The notes under the pieces were generated by a model that saw nothing but the letters and a program-made list of their open reading frames with translations, was not told the DNA's origin and did no database searches. A stretch of DNA of 40,246 bases from Nanobdellota archaeon (GTDB taxonomy: Archaea; Nanobdellota; Nanobdellia; Parvarchaeales; Parvarchaeaceae), in NCBI GenBank assembly GCA_021798355.1, contig JAJZMG010000018.1, positions 1 through 40,246 on the forward strand. Direction: 5' to 3'. Positions 18,477-28,113 of this stretch are shown piece by piece. The position numbers were made by a program, and so were the translations under genes. Positions within the stretch are counted from its first letter, which is position 1, and the number at the start of each line of letters is the position of its first letter.

Positions 18477-19451
18477 ATGGAAAAAGTTAAACGCAGGTTT
18501 GACAAAATACCCATAATAACAAGATTATCTTTAGGCATAATATTTATTGCAGATTCCTTACTTAAGTTAATACCAGACTCCGCCTATTTAATAAAAGAAA
18601 ATGTTCTTACCGGTGCTTATGGAGCAGGGTCTTTTGTGTACCCTTGGGTTGCATTTTGGGCAAACTTCACTGCAAACAACATAAATTTCTTTGTGGTTTT
18701 TGCGATTATAATAGAATTCTTAATCGGCTTGTTTCTTATACTTGGTTTTTTAAGAAAATTTCTTTACATTATTGGCGCAATATACTCGATAGTAATATGG
18801 CTAACAATAAGCCAGTTCGGGGGGCCTTACATAGCTGGAACGCTTGACATTGGCGCCACTCCCGTATATTTTCTTTTATTCCTGCTTTTAATATTTACAG
18901 AGAGGAATTTCAATACTTATGATAAATCAATAGACAAAGTAATAAAAAATAAGTATAAGATATGGCAGAAGTTTGCATACTTCAAGCAAACTAAATCAAA
19001 AAATGAAAAAACAACAGTTTTTGCAGTATCCTCAATAGCTTTTGGAGCTATACTGGCTGTAAATGCCTCGTTAAAATTAGTCAGCGGTACAGCATCCAAT
19101 ATTGCAAGTAACCAGTTAATGCAAATATTAGGAGAACCAAAACTTTTAATTCCATTTTTTTTATTTTGGGATAAAATAATCTTGCCAAATATACACTTGT
19201 TTTTGTATATTTATGCATTTTCAGAGTTTTCTATAGCCGTATTACTTATTTTTGGGCTGTTTAGGAAATGGGTTTACTTGGCAGGAATAATATATAGCCT
19301 GTTTTCGTGGTCAGTTATACAAGGGTTTGGTGGCCCTTTTTTTGCGGGCGTAACCGATTTGGCTTCAGGACCATTGTATATCCTTATATTTGTGATGTTT
19401 ATTTTTTACAATTCAAACTTAAAACTTTCGGCCTTTTATTATAAAAAATAG
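18477..19451 (+). CDS. DoxX/DoxD-like membrane protein with two tandem domains
   Basis: Two repeats of R/S..LG..F..(A/S)LK...E..IG/A..LI.G..RK...FGGP..AG..D. Confidence 0.75.
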   Translation: MEKVKRRFDKIPIITRLSLGIIFIADSLLKLIPDSAYLIKENVLTGAYGAGSFVYPWVAFWANFTANNINFFVVFAIIIEFLIGLFLILGFLRKFLYIIGAIYSIVIWLTISQFGGPYIAGTLDIGATPVYFLLFLLLIFTERNFNTYDKSIDKVIKNKYKIWQKFAYFKQTKSKNEKTTVFAVSSIAFGAILAVNASLKLVSGTASNIASNQLMQILGEPKLLIPFFLFWDKIILPNIHLFLYIYAFSEFSIAVLLIFGLFRKWVYLAGIIYSLFSWSVIQGFGGPFFAGVTDLASGPLYILIFVMFIFYNSNLKLSAFYYKK

Positions 19452-19481
19452 CTATTTATATTTTAATTAGTTATAGTTAAC

Positions 19482-20036
19482 ATGAGTATGACAAAAGGCC
19501 AAGCAGTAGTTTACGGCGGTTCTAAAAAATTGGCATATCTAGAATTTGGATTTGCAGCCGTTGTAATAATTACCGCCATACTGGTTTTTTTTACGGTTTA
19601 CCCAAAAATAATCTCAGTTTCTTCTGTAACCACAGTTTCGAGTTCTGTAAGTATAACGGGCCCTTCAAATTATAATTACTTATTTGCTTTAAATTATGCC
19701 TTTGTGGGATTTGACATTGTTATCGGTATTGCCTTATTATTTTTTGGGATAATCGCATTTATTGCATTGTTTAAACACAGAAGAGATAATGCCCCTATAG
19801 TTGCAATGATACTTAATCTTAATAAGAGCAGCAATCCTTTCTCCCTGCTTATACTAGCTTCGGTGATGGTTTTAATTGCAATAGCTGCTTTCTTCGTAAG
19901 TATACTGACAAGCTATTCCCTCCTTTCATTTTTGATAGGTGTAATGCTCGGAACAATGGCATTTTTGCTCGTAGCCCTATCAATTATAAATATCTCATTG
20001 AAATACTTAGCGAGGTTTGTTTTTAATTATGAGTAG
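19482..20036 (+). CDS. Hypothetical 4-TM membrane protein
   Basis: Hydrophobic segments; TATA-like TTTATATT at 19455. Confidence 0.65.
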   Translation: MSMTKGQAVVYGGSKKLAYLEFGFAAVVIITAILVFFTVYPKIISVSSVTTVSSSVSITGPSNYNYLFALNYAFVGFDIVIGIALLFFGIIAFIALFKHRRDNAPIVAMILNLNKSSNPFSLLILASVMVLIAIAAFFVSILTSYSLLSFLIGVMLGTMAFLLVALSIINISLKYLARFVFNYE

Positions 20037-20397
20037 TGCAATTTTAATAAGCACATCTACTGTAAATCCCCTCGCAGGATTTATTTTGCCAGTAGTACTG
20101 GTTTCAATAGCTGCTTTGTTGTTAGTAGTGTCTTTAATACTTTTCTTCAAAAGATTTTATTCTATGAGAGTTGCTAGTACCCAAAGAGTAGCATTATTTA
20201 AAAGTAATTGGTGGAAACTGTCTATTCTGTTTCTTTCCCCCACTATCGTAACTGTCTTTTTAATTGTAGGGCTTTTTACTCCAACCTCATTTGAGATATA
20301 TTTTTATCTTTACGGCTTGCTTGTAAGCATAATAATCGCAGAGACAGTTATAATCTCGATAATAAGGGTTTTGGGAATAAATAAACAGCTTGTTTGA
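20029..20397 (+). CDS. Hypothetical 3-TM membrane protein
   Basis: In-frame ATG 20029 with GAGGT upstream; overlaps the previous stop. Confidence 0.65.
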   Translation: MSSAILISTSTVNPLAGFILPVVLVSIAALLLVVSLILFFKRFYSMRVASTQRVALFKSNWWKLSILFLSPTIVTVFLIVGLFTPTSFEIYFYLYGLLVSIIIAETVIISIIRVLGINKQLV

Positions 20398-20446
20398 ATA
20401 ATATGAAAATAAAAACTATTTTATATAATCAGCTTTTTTATAGGTA

Positions 20447-21343
20447 ATGAACATAAAAATAAAGAATAGAATTTATTTCATATTTTTTGTATTGATAATT
20501 TTCTCTGTAATAGCTTACCTATTTACTTTGATTCCTGGTATACCTTCAAACATTGGCAGGGTAGTTTACATTTTTCTTATTCTTATTTCTGGGGTGCTAA
20601 TCGTAAATTTTTTAAGCGACATAATTGAGGCCAAGGCAAATAATAAAAATAAACAGGTTAGCAACACAATAGTTTTTATTACAAGGTTAGCAGGTTATAT
20701 AACCGTGATAGCCATTGCTCTGGCTTCTTTTAAGATCGGCTTAACTTCAGTTATTTTAGGAGGAGGATTTGTAGGAGTAGTCGTTGGTTTAGCTGCGCAA
20801 GCCTCTCTCTCCAATTTTTTCAGCGGCATAGTACTACTCTTTTCGAAGCCTTTTAATATTGGAGACAATATAACCTTAAGCACATGGCAGTATGGTTTAA
20901 TAGCGCCAAGTTATCCTCCAAAATTCTTCTCTAGCGATTTTATTGTCCCAGGTTATACTGGGATAGTTGAAAAGATGACATTGACGTTTACTACCATACG
21001 CTTGGATAATAACATTCCGATAAAAATACCTAACAGTATAGTACTGCAGGCTTCCATCTTTTTGAATAATGAAACATACAGAAAAGTTAAGGTAAGGTAC
21101 GAAATTCCATCCTCGATAGATCCCAACAGATTTATAGAACTGGTAAAATCAGAATTAAAGAACCTTTCATTTGTAAAAGGGCTGCCTTCCGTCTTCATAT
21201 CCGAGACTAGCTTTGCAAACAAAAGTAATGTATTTTCAATCAATGCCGTCTGTAAATCTCAATCGGAAGATTTACCAAGAAGCGAGATAATAAAGAGTTT
21301 AATAAAAATCCATAACTCTCTAGAGAAGCCAAAAAAGCGTTAA
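20447..21343 (+). CDS. mscS: Small-conductance mechanosensitive channel
   Basis: GFVGVVVGLAAQASLSNFFSGIVLLFSKPFNIGD; GIVEKM..TTI..IKIPNS. Confidence 0.92.
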   Translation: MNIKIKNRIYFIFFVLIIFSVIAYLFTLIPGIPSNIGRVVYIFLILISGVLIVNFLSDIIEAKANNKNKQVSNTIVFITRLAGYITVIAIALASFKIGLTSVILGGGFVGVVVGLAAQASLSNFFSGIVLLFSKPFNIGDNITLSTWQYGLIAPSYPPKFFSSDFIVPGYTGIVEKMTLTFTTIRLDNNIPIKIPNSIVLQASIFLNNETYRKVKVRYEIPSSIDPNRFIELVKSELKNLSFVKGLPSVFISETSFANKSNVFSINAVCKSQSEDLPRSEIIKSLIKIHNSLEKPKKR

Positions 21344-21443
21344 ACAGCAATGTTAACGGACCCTCTTCAATGATACTATATTTGCATTGGGAGGTTAATC
21401 GTACCTTTTCCAATATCGACATAGGATGGAATAATTCTGCTCA

Positions 21444-22199
21444 TTATTCTTGACCTAACTTGCGTCTCTGTTTTTCCAAGTATTTCATTGTCCTTTTAAG
21501 CTCTTTGTCTTGGTATTTTGTATTGTTATTTGAAAAGTCCATTAAGTAATTAATATTCATTAAAATGACTTTGTTTTTTTTCGTCAGATACATATTATCC
21601 AATGAAAAAGTACCTGTTGGCAACTTGTTGAACCAATTATGTGCTTTAAGTTTGTTTACTATACTAATAAGCTGGTTTTCTATGTTGCTTATACTACCTG
21701 TGTTACATAAATAACGGTGAATAAAAGAGTTTAAGCTCATATTGGATGGCACATACACATATCCGGCGCGAAGCAACCTAAATTTGATGTTGTCTACTAT
21801 CTTATGTCTCTTTCTTTCTGAAGCCAAATAATCTCCAAGACTGCCGAGTTCGCCGTCAGTTTTTGTAATATATCCTCGTATGTAATCCTTTGAAATTGAA
21901 GTATCATAAACTAATGCAATAGGTTTTACTGAGTTTTCAGGTATTATTTTGTTTATTTCACTAAGGTTTTCGAATTCATTTTCGAAATCCCTTTTGAGTA
22001 TTAGATGATAGGTTAAATCCGGATTGTTTGGATAAAAAAGTGAAAGATACGCTTCTGTTTTGTTTATGTATTCATTTTCATCCACAAAATGATAGCCTTG
22101 TTTTTCGAGTTCAGTTTTTCTGGGTACAGAAGCGGAGTTTACAAAACTAATACCCTTGCTGTTCTGTCTAACCAACTCCTCCAATTTACTTTTTTCCAA
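21444..22199 (-). CDS. Protein-kinase-like fold protein, probably catalytically degenerate
   Basis: TTG start with GAGGT upstream. Shares PEN.VKPIAL, QL.S.V.KL and N..LTK..K..L with 36365..36910 but lacks HGD. Confidence 0.55.
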   Translation of the reverse strand: MEKSKLEELVRQNSKGISFVNSASVPRKTELEKQGYHFVDENEYINKTEAYLSLFYPNNPDLTYHLILKRDFENEFENLSEINKIIPENSVKPIALVYDTSISKDYIRGYITKTDGELGSLGDYLASERKRHKIVDNIKFRLLRAGYVYVPSNMSLNSFIHRYLCNTGSISNIENQLISIVNKLKAHNWFNKLPTGTFSLDNMYLTKKNKVILMNINYLMDFSNNNTKYQDKELKRTMKYLEKQRRKLGQE

Positions 22200-22484
22200 G
22201 AGTTACCTCTTACTGCCCTATTTTTTAAGATTTTATCTACTTATTATAAAACCACAACTGATCCCTATCTTCTTTATATTTTGATCTATACAGATATATA
22301 TTTTTACATAAAATTAGTTATATAACTAGCTTTTTATTGTCACAATAAATAATAAAATATCTATTTCTAATAGTACTTGATTAATTCGACCATTAAAGTA
22401 GAAGAAAGGAAAGTACAAAGAAACTATAAATATCTTAGGAGTATAACTATCATTAAAAATTTGTGTTATTATAAAATAGATAGC

Positions 22485-22964
22485 ATGGAATTCAAGATAA
22501 AAGAACGGATGACCTTTGAAGTAAGGTTGGAAAAAAGGAAGGAAGGGCGTGAGAAGGTTATAAAATTCCTCACAAATAGTGAAGGTAATGAATTTGGCTT
22601 AGAGCAGTACAAGAACAAAGAAATGCCAATTAAATTAATAAAGTACTATCCATTTTTCTCAGCTAATTCAGAGAATGGCAAAATTATAGGAGCATGCGCT
22701 TCTGAGTTATATGGCAAAGGCTTACTTAGTATAGAATTGTTAGCAGTTGACAACAGATACCGGAGACAAGGAGCGGGCCTTTCTATACTGAAAAAAGTCT
22801 TAGATTTCGCCCATAAAAACAAAATACACAACATACAATGCAGTTCACTTGTCTCAAACAAAGAATCAAAGAAATTTCTGAAAAAAGCAGGCTTTAGAAA
22901 AGTTGGAAAGCTAAAAAAATACGTTGGAAAACAGGATTATTACCTTTGGGAGTATTTGCCCTAA
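22485..22964 (+). CDS. GNAT-family acetyltransferase
   Basis: LAVDNRYRRQGAG (motif A), N..SKKFLKKAGF. Start uncertain (22485 or 22509); TTG 22377 unlikely. Confidence 0.85.
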   Translation: MEFKIKERMTFEVRLEKRKEGREKVIKFLTNSEGNEFGLEQYKNKEMPIKLIKYYPFFSANSENGKIIGACASELYGKGLLSIELLAVDNRYRRQGAGLSILKKVLDFAHKNKIHNIQCSSLVSNKESKKFLKKAGFRKVGKLKKYVGKQDYYLWEYLP

Positions 22965-22965
22965 C

Positions 22966-23400
22966 TTACTTTATTATAAGAAGCGGTATTTTGCTAATTA
23001 CAGTTAATGCCTGGCTTACTGAACCAAGAACGGAGCCTTTCCATTTTCCCATTCCGCGGCTTCCAACTATTACTATGTCTGCATTTTTCTGATTTGCTTC
23101 GTCCATTATCCTGGTAGGAGGGTAACCTTCGACGTACTCATATTGCGCCTTAAATCCCTTCTTTTTTATTATTTCTACTTGGCGGGTAAGCTCTTTTTTG
23201 GTTTTTTCCCTGATTTTTTTAATTACGCTATCATCTATGAAAAGACTTGGATTTGAGAGGTACAAAGGCGCAGGCATTTCCTCCACATAAACAATATAAA
23301 TTGTGCTATTTTTGTCAAAGTTATTCATAACATATTCAACGGCTTTCTTTGAGTATCTAGATCCGTCAAAACCTATCACTATTTTTTGGTTTTTTATCAT
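22966..23400 (-). CDS. Universal stress protein (UspA family)
   Basis: IVIGFDGSRYSKKAV; ADIVIVGSRG..LGSVS..PLLII. Confidence 0.93.
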   Translation of the reverse strand: MIKNQKIVIGFDGSRYSKKAVEYVMNNFDKNSTIYIVYVEEMPAPLYLSNPSLFIDDSVIKKIREKTKKELTRQVEIIKKKGFKAQYEYVEGYPPTRIMDEANQKNADIVIVGSRGMGKWKGSVLGSVSQALTVISKIPLLIIK

Positions 23401-23428
23401 ATATACAAACTATATTTCGTTGTTTAAA

Positions 23429-24778
23429 TTAATTTATGAAGTTGGAAACGGCTGCTAAATAAGCAGTTTCTGCCCAGAGAAGACAGTTTATCGTTGAATT
23501 TCCATTTCTTTCAAAGAAGCCATTTATGTCGTTTACTCTGTTTCTATCATAAATTTCTTGTTCTGGCAGTGATCCATCTTCCCCTATCTTGCTTTCTATG
23601 TAATTGATTATATTTTCTGCCTGCCCTTTCTTGTCTTTCTTGATAAGGTACATAGAATACTGCAGGCCTAGGTGAAACCAAGAGCCTCTTCCAAAATATG
23701 TGTCTGTTACACCCGCGTATTTTCCAAAAAATCTGTATCTTATTGGCAGGTAATCCCCCTGGAAAAGTTCATTTTCTATTATCTTTACAGTGTTTTCTTC
23801 TATTTGTTCTACCACATTAAGCTTAAAAGTATTAAATATCTCAATTTCTTCTGCCCCTATACTAGGCATGATTTCGCCATATTCTATCTTTGATTTTGCA
23901 AGAAAAGCCCCTCTTTTTTCATCTGTTACGATGAAATTATCTAGCAGGAAATTGGATATCTCAGATTCATCAGCATCCTTTAATTTAATATTAAATGTTT
24001 TTGCTAATTCCTTTGCGCTTTTTATTCCTTTGTAAAGAGAAGAGACCATATATGAATCGATGGTTTTGCCCACGTAATTTTGCCCATTAAGCGTATTATC
24101 TATATCATAAAAGTAATATTGCTCCCATGCATCTGCGCAAGGCGTTTTATGGAAATTATACATGTAGTTTATCAAGAAATCAAGGTTCTTTGCAATTTTT
24201 TTATCTATAGTTTTTAGCCCGTTTTTTCCATGCTCTTGAAAGTATCTTTCAGTAGCCATAATTATTAAAGGCGCAGAGTCATACTGCATTGTCCAGCTCC
24301 TTGTTGTTTTTCCTTCTTTTTTATCGTTCTCGGTTCTTTTTACGCCATTTTCATCAACATCAAATCTTGACAGTATATGGTTATCACCAAGTTTTGATTC
24401 AAGCTTTGATATATCCGTTTCATACCCATTCATCTTTATTTTTTTTATCTCAGCATCCAAATTTTCCCACAATGTTGCCACGAGTTTTCCATTTAAATTA
24501 TCCAATTCATCAATCTCTTCGCTTAACAATCCATATAAATTGGTTTTTTTGGCATTTACTATAAATTCTGTAATGTAATAAGAAGAATACGCAGCATCTC
24601 TATTCCACATAAGATTGTAATCTGCATATTTTAAAGATGCAGGCGCTTTTACCAGATCATTAAAAGGTATAAAATGTCTTTTTACTTCTGTAATAACTTT
24701 CTTTATTTTATCAAGTCTTTCTTTTTTAGCAGTAATTTCTAGTGTTCCCGTTTTTTCTTCATTTTGAAAGTCAGGCAT
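23429..24778 (-). CDS. GH15-like glucoamylase (catalytic domain only)
   Basis: YNLMWNRDAAY, QYD, DAWE (acid), LPEQ (base), LLWAETAY. Confidence 0.75.
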   Translation of the reverse strand: MPDFQNEEKTGTLEITAKKERLDKIKKVITEVKRHFIPFNDLVKAPASLKYADYNLMWNRDAAYSSYYITEFIVNAKKTNLYGLLSEEIDELDNLNGKLVATLWENLDAEIKKIKMNGYETDISKLESKLGDNHILSRFDVDENGVKRTENDKKEGKTTRSWTMQYDSAPLIIMATERYFQEHGKNGLKTIDKKIAKNLDFLINYMYNFHKTPCADAWEQYYFYDIDNTLNGQNYVGKTIDSYMVSSLYKGIKSAKELAKTFNIKLKDADESEISNFLLDNFIVTDEKRGAFLAKSKIEYGEIMPSIGAEEIEIFNTFKLNVVEQIEENTVKIIENELFQGDYLPIRYRFFGKYAGVTDTYFGRGSWFHLGLQYSMYLIKKDKKGQAENIINYIESKIGEDGSLPEQEIYDRNRVNDINGFFERNGNSTINCLLWAETAYLAAVSNFIN

Positions 24779-24916
24779 AATTATATTAGAACGGTTGTGA
24801 TTTAATTACTTCACTTGCCTTTCACTAAGCCTAAAAATAGTAAAAAGGTAGCATCTTTTCTAAGTATGTAAAAAGTTAAAATTTAATATCTAAACCTGTA
24901 TCATTTTGAATATAAT

Positions 24917-26182
24917 ATGGACAAAGACAAGTATTGGCTTTCGGTTATATTTCCGATTGCGGCCATTTCATCGGGTTTCAGTGTTATAATCCCACTATAT
25001 ATATTAGAATTACACGGAAATGTAGTCGATGTAAGTCTTGCTACAACTGCTTATTCGCTTGCGGTTATTCCGGCTTCATTATTCTGGGGAGAGCTTACAC
25101 AGCGTCTTAAAAAAATAAAGCTGTTCATAATGCTTTCCGTTATTGGAGTTATCCCCCTAATAGTGCTTTTGTATTTATTGCATAGTATATTGCTGGCAGT
25201 AATAATATATGCTGCATATGCGTTCATTTTAACCGCTTCCTCTCCGGCCATAAACATGCTCATAATAAACAGAAGGAAAAAGACCATATTAAGGTCTTAT
25301 TACGGAATATATGGTTTGATGAGCATAATTGGTAACATTATCGGATACTTGCCGGGAGTACTGCTTTTCAGCGACGTAATCGCCAGATATCTGCTAATAC
25401 TGTTCGCGTTTAATATAGCGTCTTTGTTATTTGTGATTCTTTTTGTAAAAGAGAAAAAACAAAGAATTAAGGGAGAAAAAGAAAAGCATCTGCATAGAAT
25501 GTTTCCAATGTTAAATGCATTAAGCAAGTTTCCGCAGATACTTGCCAGTCATCATCTTATAATTGAAATTGCAGAAATAAGGAAGAGGAAAAAGACAGTA
25601 AGGATAATAACTATATTTTCCGCTATTGCTTTGGTGAATTTCGGTATTTATCTTTTCAACACGTCTTACATTCCGTTTCTTTATTCCTATAGAATTTCAT
25701 ATTCAGACATCTTCCTTATAAACATGCTGAACGGCTTTGGTCAGGTCGCCGTTTATCTGGTTTTTATGTTGGGAAAAGCCAAGAATACTTTAAGAAAATA
25801 TTATAGGCTTTCGACAGTTGTGAGGTCAGCAGGTTATCTTATTGCAATAATATCTATTCTTTCATTGACAGCTGTCCTCTATCTTAACCTATTTTCATAT
25901 TTTATAGCAGGTTTAGGATACGCGCTTTGGAATATCTCTGCTTCAGTTATAATTTATGTAAATATAGCCGGAAAAATGGAGGCCCATTATATTGGGTTAT
26001 GGTCTGCAATAATAGGTTTATCAGGCGTTTTGGGAGCCATTTCCTCAGGATTCTTATCTTTTTATCTAGGTTATATATTCACCTTCATCTTAAGCATAGC
26101 CTTTACTTTGTCTTCAATCCTAGTATTTAACAGGGCTTATATTGATGGCCATAAGATAAGAGATTTTGGAAATGAAATATGA
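24917..26182 (+). CDS. MFS transporter
   Basis: About 12 TM in two halves; FWGELTQRL in the motif-A position. Confidence 0.85.
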   Translation: MDKDKYWLSVIFPIAAISSGFSVIIPLYILELHGNVVDVSLATTAYSLAVIPASLFWGELTQRLKKIKLFIMLSVIGVIPLIVLLYLLHSILLAVIIYAAYAFILTASSPAINMLIINRRKKTILRSYYGIYGLMSIIGNIIGYLPGVLLFSDVIARYLLILFAFNIASLLFVILFVKEKKQRIKGEKEKHLHRMFPMLNALSKFPQILASHHLIIEIAEIRKRKKTVRIITIFSAIALVNFGIYLFNTSYIPFLYSYRISYSDIFLINMLNGFGQVAVYLVFMLGKAKNTLRKYYRLSTVVRSAGYLIAIISILSLTAVLYLNLFSYFIAGLGYALWNISASVIIYVNIAGKMEAHYIGLWSAIIGLSGVLGAISSGFLSFYLGYIFTFILSIAFTLSSILVFNRAYIDGHKIRDFGNEI

Positions 26183-26224
26183 ATACCGTAAAATTTATAT
26201 ATTATTTATCTTCTGTAAGAATTG

Positions 26225-27004
26225 ATGGCAATGAATTTGTCCGCCGTTCTTAAAAAATGTGAAGAACAAGAATCGGTAATAAACCTAAACGAATTAAAAG
26301 ATTATAATATTGTGTTAAAATATCCAACCAAAATTAAAAAGGGAGACATAGTGTTAAATGCAGGGTTGACAGATGAGATATATCTTGGTATTTATAACAA
26401 CAGGTTTACACAGCGTTTTTTATCAGAGGTATACGGAATACACATAAATAAAGAACTGCATAAATCATCTAATTTATATGAACTTTATAAATCTGCCGTC
26501 TCTTCAGCCAATGGTAAAACTGGGTTAGATAGGGTTTTGGCAATTTCAGCTTCAGTTTATCTCCATCTGCACTATCGTATGAGGGAATACACGGATAGTT
26601 ATAGCAAAGCTAAAGGGATACTGACAAATACAGATCTGCTGTATCTAAGTGGGAATAATAAACGCGATGGGAAGGCGATTAACATAGATTATTCATTGAT
26701 TGAAGGCCCGTTCCTGTGCCATGAATTCGCAATAACTTTGAGTATTCTGCTTGATAAAGAAATAGGGAGAACTGGCTTAAAGCCATTTTATGTTATGGGT
26801 ATAGTTGAAAAGGAAGGAGAGAAGGTAGAGCATTCTTGGATAGAGCTACGTGGTAGAAAAGGAGACAGAATTTTAATGGATCTTATTTCAAACGTTGTGC
26901 AGCCGATGAAAGAAGGGCAGAATCATGTGGTTTCAGCAAATGGTTTAAAATACTGGATAGATAATGGTCCTCTTATATTAAGAAAAAGTCGCTTATCAAA
27001 ATAA
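26225..27004 (+). CDS. Transglutaminase-like (Cys-His-Asp) protein
   Basis: LCHEFA, EHSWIEL and ILMD in transglutaminase-core order. TATA at 26194. Confidence 0.7.
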   Translation: MAMNLSAVLKKCEEQESVINLNELKDYNIVLKYPTKIKKGDIVLNAGLTDEIYLGIYNNRFTQRFLSEVYGIHINKELHKSSNLYELYKSAVSSANGKTGLDRVLAISASVYLHLHYRMREYTDSYSKAKGILTNTDLLYLSGNNKRDGKAINIDYSLIEGPFLCHEFAITLSILLDKEIGRTGLKPFYVMGIVEKEGEKVEHSWIELRGRKGDRILMDLISNVVQPMKEGQNHVVSANGLKYWIDNGPLILRKSRLSK

Positions 27005-27105
27005 AAGAAATTTAACAATTTGACGAGAATCTCCTTTGTAATACTAGTATAAGCCGGGTGTAATTTACTATAAAGCTATTTAACTAAATATTTTATTTAG
27101 TGATT

Positions 27106-28044
27106 ATGGCTATAGAGATGAAAAACTTCAATGGAGATGCGTGGGGCATACTCTTTGTTATCCTTATACCTTTAGTTGTAGGTTACCTAGTTTCAATTGT
27201 TAATTTATATGCAGGGGTAGGAATTGCAATATTACTTTTTATTGCGTTTTTAGTTGCCGCCATACGGGTGGTTAACCAATGGAACAGGAAAGCAGTACTT
27301 TCATTTGGAAAGTATGTTGGTATAATGGGACCAGGCATACATATACTGATACCATTTGTACAGACTACCCCCGTTACATTGGATTTGAGGGTAATAAACA
27401 CGATTTTTAAGGCTGAGAAGACGCTTACAAAGGACAATGTGCCAGTAGACGTAGATGCACTTCTTTTCTGGAAGGTTCTAAACTCGGAGAACGCTGTTTT
27501 GAATGTTCAGATTTACAGAGATTCCGTTCAATTGGCAGCACAGACGGCTTTACGAGATGTAATAGGTAAAACCGAATTATCTGAGATGTTGGCAGGCAGA
27601 GACGTAATAGGTAAGGATGTAAAGAACTTGATACAAGACAGAGTAGCAGACTGGGGGATAGAAGCAATATCTGTTGAAATAAGGGATGTAAGTATACCTC
27701 CAGATTTACAGGATGCAATGGCCAGGGTTGCTGTAGCAGACCGGGAAAAGCAGGCAAGAGTTAAATTAGCAGAAAGCGAATCCCTTGCCGCGGATAAAAT
27801 CATAGAGGCAAGCTCAAAGTATAAAAAAGATTTGTTTGCGATGCAACTTAGATCGCTCAATATGATGTATGAAATAAGTTTAAATGGAAAGAATCTTATG
27901 ATATTTATTCCAACAGATAGTAAAGGATTTAGTATACCTACACCTGTGGGGGTTGAAGGGATAAAAGACCTGTTTGAAAAGAGTAACGTAAAGAATTTAC
28001 CCGGTAAAGCCGATAAAGAAAACGAAGCAAAGAGGGATAACTGA
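27106..28044 (+). CDS. SPFH/band-7 (stomatin-like) membrane protein
   Basis: N-terminal TMs; GPGIHILIPFV, LDLR, TLTKDNVPVDVDA, AQTALRDVIG, QDAMARVAVADREK. Confidence 0.93.
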   Translation: MAIEMKNFNGDAWGILFVILIPLVVGYLVSIVNLYAGVGIAILLFIAFLVAAIRVVNQWNRKAVLSFGKYVGIMGPGIHILIPFVQTTPVTLDLRVINTIFKAEKTLTKDNVPVDVDALLFWKVLNSENAVLNVQIYRDSVQLAAQTALRDVIGKTELSEMLAGRDVIGKDVKNLIQDRVADWGIEAISVEIRDVSIPPDLQDAMARVAVADREKQARVKLAESESLAADKIIEASSKYKKDLFAMQLRSLNMMYEISLNGKNLMIFIPTDSKGFSIPTPVGVEGIKDLFEKSNVKNLPGKADKENEAKRDN

Positions 28045-28113
28045 TTTCTCTTGAAAGGTAAAACCTAAAAGTTTATTAAATACAACTTTCTATAGTATTA
28101 CATCTTAGTTACT

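Noticed and set aside
21240-21422. 60-aa minus ORF and an imperfect hairpin (21353-21398) between mscS and the pseudokinase
   Set aside because: The ORF overlaps the mscS 3' end and has no motif. The hairpin is short and bulged, with no convincing C/D or H/ACA boxes; at most a terminator.
22377-22484. Long TTG-started N-terminus of the GNAT ORF
   Set aside because: AT-rich, promoter-like sequence; downstream ATGs give a normal GNAT length.
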